A DNA stretch of 64,000 nt, from contig OZ037766.1 of NCBI GenBank assembly GCA_964035545.1, forward strand, positions 434,001-498,000, given 5' to 3'. The translations under genes and the position numbers were made by a program. Shown here piece by piece: positions 36,961 through 49,000 of this stretch; within the stretch, counting starts at the first letter, position 1; the number at the start of each line of letters is the position of its first letter. This stretch comes from Bugula neritina. Its lineage: Eukaryota; Animalia; Bryozoa. Under the pieces are notes generated by a model, which saw nothing but the letters and a program-made list of their open reading frames with translations, was not told the DNA's origin and did not search any database.

Positions 36961-39900
36961 ATGAAGGAACGGAGGTTGTTAGCATTTCTTCTTTGGTCTC
37001 TGCTTTCTTCTCTGACTTTAGCTCAGGTAAAGTAGTTTTAGCTTTTAGCTCAGGTAAAGTAGTTTTAGCTTTTAGCTCAGGTAAAGTTGTTTTAGCTCTC
37101 AGCTCAGGTAAAATGTTTGAAAGTTGCTATAACAAACTAACAATGTAATGCTGGAGGACAATGATTCTAAAAACAGTGCTTAACATTTTTTCTATGCCAA
37201 TCAGTTTCTTGTATTGAAATTGCAAACTGCTTCACCACTAAAGAAAGAGTAACTGAAACTGAACTGAAACTGTAACTGAAACTCCATATGGTATTTATAT
37301 ATTCTATGTAGGTTAAATAACTCTATACTAATACCCTTACTGTTGACTGCTTACAGAGAGATGGTGATGTTTATTTGAGTGGAACTTACAAGGGACTTTT
37401 AGCAGTCTACTACTCTGGCAGGTAATGCAGCGTTATCTAGACGCAGCGCTTAGCTGAATGCTAGATATGTTACACATATAGCATGAAATAAAGTGCCAGT
37501 TTATAGTTCAATATAAAAAGTCCCACCATGACTATTTTAACTTTTGAAATAATAGTATCAAAGTCTAAGTTGATTAGAGAAATTATGAAAATAGTTGAGC
37601 TTAATATTATAGGCACATAATAAGATATGGAACATAATACTGTAATATTGTTGAAAAGTTTTAAATTGAATGCAGATCTTGAAATAAAAAACTGCATACA
37701 AAATTGGCATAATTTTTAGCAGTCTAATTGCACAAAAACCGTCGTTAGGGTATGTTTTAAGAAATTTTATTTTCCGTAGATACGTTGTAGATACTAAGTT
37801 CCATTAAGTTATGGGTACATCAATATAATTGATTTCTGTTCTCTACAGAACTGGACACGTCTGCGATGACATAGCTTCCCCTGGAACTCTCACTTCCTTG
37901 GGCCAAGTAGCGTGCAGAAATCTCCAGAGAAGTTTTGTATCTGCTAAAGGAAAGCAAAATGGACCTTCTTCCTGTAAGATGAATTCAATTTAGTTGAACA
38001 AAGCTTTTGGACCCAAAACGCTCATATCAGTGTCAAAAAATTAGCAGACCTAGATGTTTTTAAAAGTTTTTTGTTAAATATTCTAGTAAGCTTATATGTC
38101 ATCAAGCTAGTGAATTATAAAACTTGTGTGGCTCCTTCTAGTACCAAGCAATAAGCTTTCTAATAGCCCCTGTGACAGTTAAGCTATACCTAAATACAAT
38201 AGTTTATCCTTTTGCTGATAGCATTTTATCTTGATGATATGAACTGTGCTGGAACTGAGTCTAACCTTGCCGAGTGTAGACACCTACCCTGGAAGAGTGA
38301 AAACTGCGATACATCTGAGCACATCTACTTGACTTGTAGCAGTAAGTAATACACTTACATCTATATGACTTACAGTAGAGAGTAATACACTTACATCTAT
38401 ATGACTTACAGTAGAATGTAATACACTTACATCTATATGACTTACAGTAGAGAGTAATACACTTACATCTATATGACTTGTAACAGTAAGTAATACACTT
38501 ACATCTATATGACTTACAGTAGAGAGTAATACACTTATACATCTATATGACTTACATTAGACAGCATTACACTTACTGATTTACAGTAGAGAGTAATACA
38601 CTTACATTTACTTGACTTGTAGCAGTAAGCAATACACTTACATCTACCTGATTTACATTAGCCTATAGTTGATTTACTACCTACATTATTATGATTATTA
38701 TACCTATAAATGTTAATAAACTAATTAAACATACCTAATATTTGAAAATTTCTGATACGCAATTAATATAATAGATATGCCATGCGATGGCCAGAACAAC
38801 TGCTCACAGATATGCAACAACCTGCCTACCAACTCTTTCAACTGTTCCTGTAACGCTGGGTACACTCTGGCAGCTGACGGTGTGACCTGCGAAGGTAACT
38901 CTTTCTATACTCACTAACCAACAACTGACTGCCTAACACTAGTAAGTCTTAGGAACATGTTTAAAAGTGATTGCATCTAAATGAGCTCTATAAAGCCGTA
39001 TCATGTAATGGCAGCCACCCGCTACCCGAACAGGACAAAGTGGAGATAATTGAGAATGTAATGAACAAATCTCCAGCCTTGGCTGAAAGAGTTTGCTTTG
39101 AAAAGATATGCAAAGTCTTTCTACTTTTTAAAAATAGAACACGTTGGGTTTTGTAAATTTTAAAAATTACACTACGCAATTCAAGGTTACTACCATTTTA
39201 AGAATGTTTCCACAGTTTAAGAGAAAAGGATTGTGAATGAATGTTTCTCTGTTTGCAGTATTGAAATTACTCCTGGGGACCAAACAAACTTAGTTTCACG
39301 TGCTGTTTGATCTGCTACTGTTTTTCATTGTTAGTAGAATTGAACATTTAAAAAGACGTTTATATTTGATTATAAGAGAATATTACAAGGTGAATGCAGA
39401 TAGAAACTAATTTAATCTGCTTTTGTCGATGAACAATTTTGATGTTAAAAAGGCAGGATCAAGCTGCTTGTAATTAATCAATATATTGAAGAAGTTCTAT
39501 GAATGATTCGGAGTATAGTTATATTATTTGCAATTGCCCAGTTATGCCACGTACTTCATGGTAGACACATGCTGTTTCATATATTTTATATGTTGAGTTA
39601 CATGGAATATTTACACAGAGATTGATGAGTGTGAGACAGACAATGGTGGATGTTCACACACTTGTGTCAACACTAATCGTTCTTTCTATTGTGACTGTCC
39701 CAGATATCTCTACCTCTCTGATGACAACTCAACTTGTACAAGTGAGTCAAACATCTCCAACTCTCGTTTATAGAAGATTATCTAAGCTGCACACAGCAGT
39801 ATAAACTATGCAAGTTATTACAAAGCAGAGTCAGAAGTTGTTCCCTCTTATACAGCTGACGGGTTTGACGTCGACTGTTCTTCACCATTCGGGATGACAA

Positions 39901-42900
39901 TAACTTTGGAAAGGAAGCAGTTTTTCTTCCTCCCCGACTCGCTGACACTACTGAATACCAGCTGCACTTCAGTCTCGAACTCCACTCACATCTGGTTATA
40001 CTCAGACTACGATACCTGCGGTACTGTGAGAAAGGTGTGTGGGTCTATTATATATAATGTGTGCGTGTGTGTGTCACCATGTGGATGGGAGTTATATTCC
40101 CTATGTTACCAGGTAGATGGGAGTTATATTCTCTATGTTACCAGGTTGATGGGAGTTATATTCTCTATGTTATCAGGTAGATGGGAGTTATATCCCCTAT
40201 GTTACCAGGTAGATGGGAGTTATATCCCCTATGTTACCAGGTAGATGGGAGTTATATTCTCTATGTTACCAGGTAGATGGGAGTTGTATCCCTTATGTTA
40301 CCAGGCTGATGGGAGTTATATTCTCTATTTTACCAGACTGATGGGAGTTATATTCTCTATGTTACCAGGTAGACGGGAGTTATATTCTCTACACCAATGC
40401 AGTGCTGGATTCTAAGACATCAACTGGAGGAATACGTTTCTTTGACTCCATCAAAATTCCATTTCAATGTCGGTTGGCAATAAACAGTACACTAAGTCAA
40501 GGACTGAAACCAGTGGCTAACAGACTTCTCATGAGAATAGAGAACACAGGCTACTTACAGGAAAGGTAAAGTAAAGTGAGGACAGTTTCACCATAACTTT
40601 AGCTAGAGCTAAAGTTAACTATGTTTATAATTAACAATATATATATTTTATTATAGTACAGGTTTTTAGTGACAAGCTTTCTAACATTGAAAATATGTTG
40701 TATACAAAGACTGTTTTAATTGCAAAAAGTGTGTAACTAATAATTAAAGTAATAGATAATTTGAAAGAGATGTTTTATGCAGTAAAACAACAACAAAGCT
40801 AAAATAAAATGAATTAGAGAATATAGCAGTTCAAGTGGACTTCAGTAATAAGCACTGAAATGTATAACATTCATGTCTTAATTTGAAGTCCTGCTTAACT
40901 TTCAGTTTCAAGTTGCTCTCCGGTGACATGGACACTAGTCCAGAGTTGTTACCCCGCTTTGTGAAGCAAGGTGATGTCATCTATGCTAAGCTGATGATGG
41001 AGGTTGAGGAGGTCAGAATAGATTCTACCAACTGCTCCGTTCTTTCAGTCAACAAACTGGAGTCCCAGAAGTTGATAGAGAATGGGTAACGGTTATACAG
41101 TATAACACAGTAGTGTATACAGTATAACACAGTAAAGTATACAGCATAACACAGTAGAGTATACAGTATAACACAGTACTGTATACAGTATAACACAGCA
41201 GTGTATACAGTATAACACAGTACTGTATACAGTATAACACAGTACTGTATACAGTATAACACAGTAGAGTATACAGTATAACACAGTAGAGTATACAGTA
41301 TAACACAGTAGTGTATACAGTATAACACAGTAGAGTATACAGTATAACACAGTAGAGTATACAGTATAACACAGTAGAGTATACGGTATAACACAGTAGA
41401 GTATACAGTATAACACAGTAGTGTATATAGTGTAACACAGTACTGTATACAGTATAACACAGTAGAGTATACAGTATAACACAGTACTGTATACAGTATA
41501 ACACAGTAGTGTACACGGTATAACACAGTAGAGTATACAGTATAACACAGTAGAGTATACAGTATAACACAGTAGAGTATACAGCATAACACAGTAGAGT
41601 ATACAGTATAACACAATAGAGTATACAGTATAACACAGTATTGTATACAGTATAACACAATAGAGTATACAGTATAACACATTATTATAGGCCTATATAT
41701 AACAAATATTATGTTACAGGAAAGCCTAACAGCCACATGGCAGTGCTTTGCATTTTGTAGAAATTATTTTAGAAAAGCTTGGAAACTTAGGAAAACAACA
41801 ATCATGTTTTAAAGAAATATCATTCAAGGTCATATAATCTGACTTTCCTTGCAGAAGTTCAGTGAACTTCCTGACAAAGCTGTTGCCGTCTAGCCACCTC
41901 AGATTCAGTTACCCGGTCTTCACCTTCACCTCCGGAAATAAAACTTTACACCTTGACTGTGACTTTAGCATCTGGCCCAACCAGAGTCTCACCAACAGTG
42001 TGAACAGCAGTGAGATTGTGTCTGAACAAGAGATCAGAGGTTAGACCATGAGTTTGTTAAGAGACTGAAAAATAGTCTAAGTATCAGATATATAACACTA
42101 AAAAGACTAGGCAAGCATAACCTACAGATAAATGAGTACAACTGCATTTTGAGTAGGCATTTTTTTCACCACAAAATGTTTGTTACAATATATTTGCTAA
42201 ATTAATCCCAACTTTAAGCTATTGCAACTATTTTCAAATAAATAAAGCATGTTTCACAGTAGACCATGTGCGTTGGAACATTTTAGCTCCGCCCAGTGAT
42301 GATGATGTCACAGGAGTGGTGAAACCTGTGATAGTAGACAACTCTAAAGGAGTGTTACTCGAGTGCGGACCTAAATTCATGACCTTGACATTAGACCCTT
42401 CTCTCTTGTACGGTATCTCTGTTTATGATCTTCAGCCTCTACGCCAAGACTGCTTCGGGTTCTCATCCTGGGTTGAAGGTGGGAAGTACAAATATAACAT
42501 TCCTCTGGTAGACTGTGGAGCTGATGTCAAGGTGAGAGTTACCTTCTCTTTGAATGATAAAATTACACTAACTAACAATACATACTTTACAGTAGTATGT
42601 TATTAGTCATCATACTAACAACAGAGTAAAATAATCAAAGAATGTTTGAAATTAAACTGTATGAAGTTATGTAAAAACAGTACACATTGGCTACGTTGGG
42701 TATCAGTTAATAACTTCCTGTGGTTTTATTGATACCAGACGGATGACTCGTGGATTATATTCACCAACTCTCTTGTCTACTCAAACAACATGACATCTCA
42801 GGTGAAGTATTTCTCCGACGTTGTTCTCACTCACAGCTGTAAATACGCGAGTGATGGCTACAACTCAAGTCTCACGTACTCCGTCAAACCCGGCAACTAC

Positions 42901-44914
42901 ACATTCGGAGCTGAGAATTCGCAGCGAGCCAGCTTTGACGTGAGGTAAGTCATTGTATTCTCATAGCAGCCAATCAGAGGACTCGTGGTTCGTAAGCACA
43001 GTTATGGCTTAGATCAGAGCAGGGGCAAAGTTGAGATTGTAAGAGTTTCACTAGCAGTGATAAAAATATTGTAAATAAAATCATATAATACATATGTACC
43101 AAAATGATTTGAATAAAATAGGAAAAAACTTTTAAAGGCAACAGTTTAATGGTTCAAAGTCCAACAAAAGTTATTCCGATCGCCATTTTGATAAGTATAC
43201 TTATAAGAATGCCTAGGGAACAACAAGAATATAAAATATACATAAGAATACTCTATGTTTTAATGTACAAATACTTTCCTTTATATTTTATATTGATCTT
43301 ATTATATATTTCATTCTAAACTCTTGCAATTACTTGAGCACCCTAACTTGGTACCAGCCGCCTTATAAATATGTGTTTAGTAAAATCATTGCAAAATGAT
43401 CTGAGCCATAGTATGCTCTGTTTTCAGTCTGAATGTCTTCTCAGACGCAGACTTCCAGAATCTGATCAGCAACGGAGGAGCCGCCAGCATTAAGGAAGGA
43501 CAACGCCTGTTTGGGAACATTGGAATCACGAGCAGTGACCCAAATGTCAAGGTCGCTTTAGATGACTGCAAGGTGACCCCAACTAATGACCCTGACGACT
43601 CCAACAACCACCTTGTAATAGAGAATGGGTGAGTCATAGAGAATGCATGAGTCATAGAGAATGGGTGAGTCATAGAGAATGGATGAGTCATAGAGAATAA
43701 GTGAGTCATGGTGGTGGAGGAATGCTTCAGCTCTTCTCTCTGTAAACAGTATCCAAACTCATCAACTTGATTATAGTATCAGATATTTACATCCCTGACA
43801 TCGTCACATCTGGTTTCAAGGTCTAAAGCTAAGCAAGTTCTGTGTCATATAAATTAGGAAATAGTTGAATATTAGGAACATAAAATATCTTTAAGAGATC
43901 ATTTCACTGCAAATATCCCTAAACCTTTGATGTCAAAGTCGATCCTTATTGTTTGTTTACACTGAAACATGTGAAGAGACCAATGCCTGCCTCCTCTAGG
44001 AATTTTTTCAGCTGACGTCAGTTGGTAGCGCTAGGTGATGGATCTGAACTCTGCTGCTACATCCTTACAACTACTTCATATTCAAAAGTCGCTAGCATTC
44101 TGTTCTGTTGTTTGTTTGTTGAGCGAGAATTGAAATACATTGTAGTAGGTAGCTGAAATGACCTGTTGATATGAACTGTTGATATGACCTGTTGATAATG
44201 AACTGTTGATATGACCTGTTGATATGACCTGTTGCAGATGCCAGACAGCTTACGGCTCTACAGTCTTCTCATCAGATAGGTTCTCTCTGCTCACCAGATC
44301 TTTCACAAAGCAAACCGGAGACAACGTGTTTCTACACTGCAGTGTAGTTGTTTGTGATCAGAGTAACATGTCAAGGTCAGAATCTAGCGCTTCCACTTTG
44401 GAGCTTTTTTCACATTTAGTTAGCTACAACTAGAATACAATTCAATAGTGACAGATTTTATTAACTTTTTACCATCTATTACTGAATACACATGCTTGTG
44501 GAATAACATGGGAATTTAATTTATTAGGTTGTAAACTCCGTTATACAGCCTATTGTAAATAAGTCTTTTGTAAGTGTAGCTACTGTATCATCAATAGTAA
44601 TAAAAACAAGTTTATCATTCTGTGCACAAAAGTAAAATATTATATGCATTGATTGGCGATGTTTTTGTACACACATTTATATACTAAGAGCTCTGTATAG
44701 AAACTATAAAGGTAAAAGCAAAAGGCAGTTCACAGCTTGCAGTTGCTGTGACCTCTAGAGATGCAGCCGACTGTTGTATTACTATAAAGGGTTTCCTTTT
44801 CTTAGATGCACAAGAAACTGCCAATCAAACAAGAATGTGATTGGGAAGAGAACTGAAGCTGCTGCACCAACATCAAGGGTCGTGGTTTCTGCCGGCCCCT
44901 TCTTTATTCAATAG
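36961..44914 (+). CDS. Secreted SRCR + EGF + Ca-EGF + two ZP-module protein (OIT3/DMBT1/uromodulin-like)
   Basis: About 15 exons: signal peptide [22 protein letters not shown]; SRCR ([28 protein letters not shown]); EGF 38775-38894; [17 protein letters not shown] 39618-39740; ZP1 39856-42039; ZP2 42287-44830 ([16 protein letters not shown]); GKR followed by [17 protein letters not shown] at 44950. Confidence 0.85.
37015..37113 (+). repeat. 27-bp repeat copying the exon 1 donor (TAGCTCAG|GTAAAG), 4 copies
   Basis: Donor-like sites at 37027, 37054, 37081 and 37108. Confidence 0.9.
38321..38660 (+). repeat. ~36-bp repeat copying the SRCR exon end and donor (CATCTACTTGACTTGTAGCA|GTAAGTAATACACTTA)
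   Basis: About 9 diverged copies. Confidence 0.85.
40082..40392 (+). repeat. 32-bp repeat copying acceptor plus exon start (ATGTTACCAG|GTAGATGGGAGTTATATTCTCT), about 9 copies
   Basis: The last copy (exon start 40369, [10 protein letters not shown]) is the coding acceptor. Confidence 0.92.
41093..41682. repeat. 22-bp minisatellite TATACAGTATAACACAGTAGAG
   Basis: About 26 copies starting a few bases after the donor at 41087. Confidence 0.93.
43617..43708 (+). repeat. 18-bp repeat copying exon end and donor (ATAGAGAATGG|GTGAGTC), 5 copies
   Basis: Directly visible. Confidence 0.9.
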
Positions 44915-46085
44915 ATGTTGATTGTAAACTCAGACCATCATCTTACATGAATAAATTTACTATATTTACAGCAATGGTGGGTGGATATGACGATTTCTAC
45001 ACATATTTATTGTAGGGATGTGTATATCACCGTGTATTGTCACTATATTATAATTATGTGTGAATGTGTGTATTATAAGCATCATGAAGTTGTTTTTCAC
45101 TCAGCTAAGAATTTTGAAAAATGTGTTCTTTACATAGTATAATGCTCAAAGGAGTAAAGGCAGTATTTATAAACACTCAAGGAAGTGCATTGTCTTAAAT
45201 AGGCAGTAAACTAAACAGTGCCTGTAGGAAATAGAAGTTAAACAAAACAACTCCTTCCACCTAACATATCTTGTGCAGCTATTAACATTAAAGCAGAGAA
45301 TATAAGAAAGTTACAGTACTGGCTGTATAGTGTCACAACAGTGAAGTGTTAGGAGCATAAGGTGCTAGGTAGTGGATTATATAACATGATTTGAAACGAT
45401 ACCAACGTAAAAAGTTGAATTCAACAGTTCAAGGCGAGACTGAGTGACAAGTGAGTTGACATTCACTCTGTATTGGATATTTACGAAGTAGAGTTTAGTT
45501 TATTATTAGTTGGGTTAATTAGATGACTTGTAAGAGAATAATAATAATTCCACATCTGAGATTCCAGAAATATTACCTCCTGAAGTAACTAGACACAGTA
45601 GCTTGTGGAAAGAATAAACGATGTGTGAAGTTGTTATGGTATTATATTTTACCTCCCACCGAGTTGATTGAAGGAATTGGAGAACATTTTTAGTATTTGA
45701 TTTTGAACGTAAATTATCTATAAAACGTATAAAACTCAATCAGTGTACAGTTATGTGTTAAAGTGATAGGAGTCATCCCCTCATACACACCATAATATAG
45801 ACATATATGATACAATGCAGCATACACGTATTATGTACACATTATGTATGCAGTAAACCACAATAGTATGCTAGTAGACCTTATAGCTGCCTCATGAAAT
45901 ATCAAACTGCTTCACAATAAAACAGATGAAGATTGCGTAGGAATATATAAAGTCGGGTGGATTATCTGCTACCTTGTATAAAACACGATATGGCAGGCAG
46001 TGAAGCACTACACGAGTAACTAGAGTGTAGACAACTCCAAACCACTCTCTGACCAGCTGAATAAATAAATAGTAAGAGAGATGAG

Positions 46086-49000
46086 TCAGAGGATGTGACA
46101 GAGCTTAGCCCGAGATTGTAACGCTGTAGGTATGATAAAGTCAGTGTTGGGTTCTCCAAAGTGTAGCCCCACCCCCGGTCCCCCAACCAGAGTCTTCCAA
46201 CACTCGTATCCCTGACTGGTCAGCTGAGAGATGACGTCTTGTGTCTTCTCTTCAGGTGTTTCTGTTAGTACAAGAGTGTGACTATTAGAGTATAATACTG
46301 TGACTATTAGAGTATAATACTGTGACTATTAGAGTACAGTACTGTGACTATTAGAGTATAATACTGTGACTATTGGAGTATAATACTGTGACTATTAGAG
46401 TAGAATACTGTGACTATTGGAGTATAATACTGTGACTATTAGAGTACAGTATTGTGAGAGTGAATAGCCCGAGTACCCAAGAGACTACGTACCAGCAGGA
46501 AGGAAGGTGATGACACACCCCCCACCTCCGGCCCCCGTTAGTTTGGAAATGAGGCCGTGATCATGAGTCATTCTACACACTTTCTCTATGGCCGGATGAT
46601 TGACCCCAAGCACACAGAGGAGGGCGTGGTTTGCTGACATCATGTCCTGTAATGCATTATATACACATACAGTAGGATATACAGTATACTATATGTGTAT
46701 ACAGTATATACAGTATATACAGTATATACAGTATATACTGTATATACAGTATATACTGTATATACAGTATATACTGTATACACAGTATATACAGTATATA
46801 CTGTATATACTGTATATACAGTATATACAGTATATACAGTATATACAGTATAATTATACTGTATATACTGTATATACAGTATATACAGTATATACAGTAT
46901 ATATACAGTATACACAGTATATACAGTATATATACAGTATACACAGTATATACAGTATATACAGTATATATACAGTATACACAGTATATACAGTATATAC
47001 AGTATATAAATACACACCAGAAGAGAAAGTGAGTAGCCGAGAGAGGAAACACTCACCCTGATGACGCTGTCGTCTAGAGACTCAGTTGAAGTCAGTTCGT
47101 CCTGGCAGCGCTGAGATATGGCCTCCACGGCATCCAACACCGGGTTTATTACTGTAGGGTACTTCAAACACACAAAAAGAGGGGGTTTAGTTGATAGCAG
47201 CAGATGTTACAATAACTCCATTTAATACCTCTTTAGCAGAAATAATACTTTGGAATAAGCCAGACTCGGCCATTTTCTGTTGTCATTAGTTACGGCCCAG
47301 CCCACACGAACAAAACTGACACAGCAAGAGTGTTTGAGTATGAAATAGCCAGCATAGAGGAAGTACCTGTTTTAACTTATCAGCTACATTTGACACCATG
47401 TGTTTGGTGCTTCTTGGTACTTTGGTATTGGTTATAATCACACTCAACTCATGCTTGCTAAAAGTACAACAACAGTGTAAGAAATGTGAATTCAGCAAGG
47501 TTTGAGTACTGAGTAAGTATTAGAGTATACACCACTCACCAACTTAGTCTTTCTAACGCCTTGTTCTGGTACTTGACTATACCACCTGTAGAGATGTAAC
47601 AGAGAGATGTTAATACTTTACAGCAACATGTGCCCACAGACACCCTGACATTTATTAGTAAGTTGACATTTTCTGCTTTGGCACTAAAGTTCAAGCTTAA
47701 TGGAACTAAATTAAAAGTTGAAAAACAGACATTAGCATTTACTAAGTAAAGTTGTCTACCCTGGAGGGAATACTCACAGTTGTCTATCCTGGAGGGAATA
47801 CCCACAGAGTTGTCTACCCTGGAGGGAATACTCAGATTTGTCTACCCTGGAGGGAATACTCAGAGTTGTCTACCCCGAAGAGAATACTCACCGTATGTAC
47901 TCACAGAGTTGTCTACCCTGGAGGGAATACTCACCGTATGTACTCACAGAGTTGTCTACCCTGGAGGGAATACTCACCGTATGTACTCACAGAATTGTCT
48001 ACCCCTGAAGGATTCCCATGTATTATTTTCTCGGCTATGAAAGCCCAGCTGTTGATAACTTCTAGGTGATCGCCGGTCCAGGGGTTGAAAGACTGAGTGA
48101 CAGGATCTGAGATTTGATTGGATAACTTGAGGAGACTAGAGACTAAGGCTACAGCGAAGGCAGCAGAGGAACCGAGGCCGGCGCTGGTCGGCAGATTGGA
48201 GCTGACCATGAAGTCTAGACCAATCATTCTACAGAATATCACATAGTGACAATATACTAACTGTGTGACTGTATACTAACTGTGTGACAATATACCAACT
48301 GTGTGACAGTATACTAACTGACTAGGAGATAATATACTCACTGACTAGGAGATAGTATACTCACTGACTAGGAGATAGTATACTCACTGACTAGGAGATA
48401 GTATACTCACTGACTAGGAGATAGTATACTCACTGACTAGGAGATAGTATACTCACTGACTAGGAGATAATATACTCACTGACTAGGAGATAGTATACTC
48501 ACTGACTAGGAGATAATATACTCACTGACTAGGAGATAGTATACTCACTGACTAGGAGATAGTATACTCACTGACTAGGAGATAGTATACTCACTGACTA
48601 GGAGATAATATACTCACTGACTAGGAGATAATATACTCACTGACTAGGAGATAGTATACTCACTGACTAGGAGATAGTATACTAGTATAGAGATGTACGA
48701 AAGCCACAGTGGCCAAGTCTTTAGTGTTATAAGTGGTAGAGTCGACTCCACAAAACTCGCAGAGAGAGTTGAATCTGTCGACAGGCGGATAGACGGGTGG
48801 CAAGGAAACTTCTGGAAACATCATTAGTTGATTTGACACATCATAACAGGTGTCAATTTGCAGTGACACATCATAACACGTGTCAATTTGTAATGACACA
48901 TCATAACAGGTGTCACTTAGTAGTGACGCATCATAACACATGTCACTTAGTTGTGACGCATCATAACAAGTGTCACATTGAGCTGACACATCATAACAGG

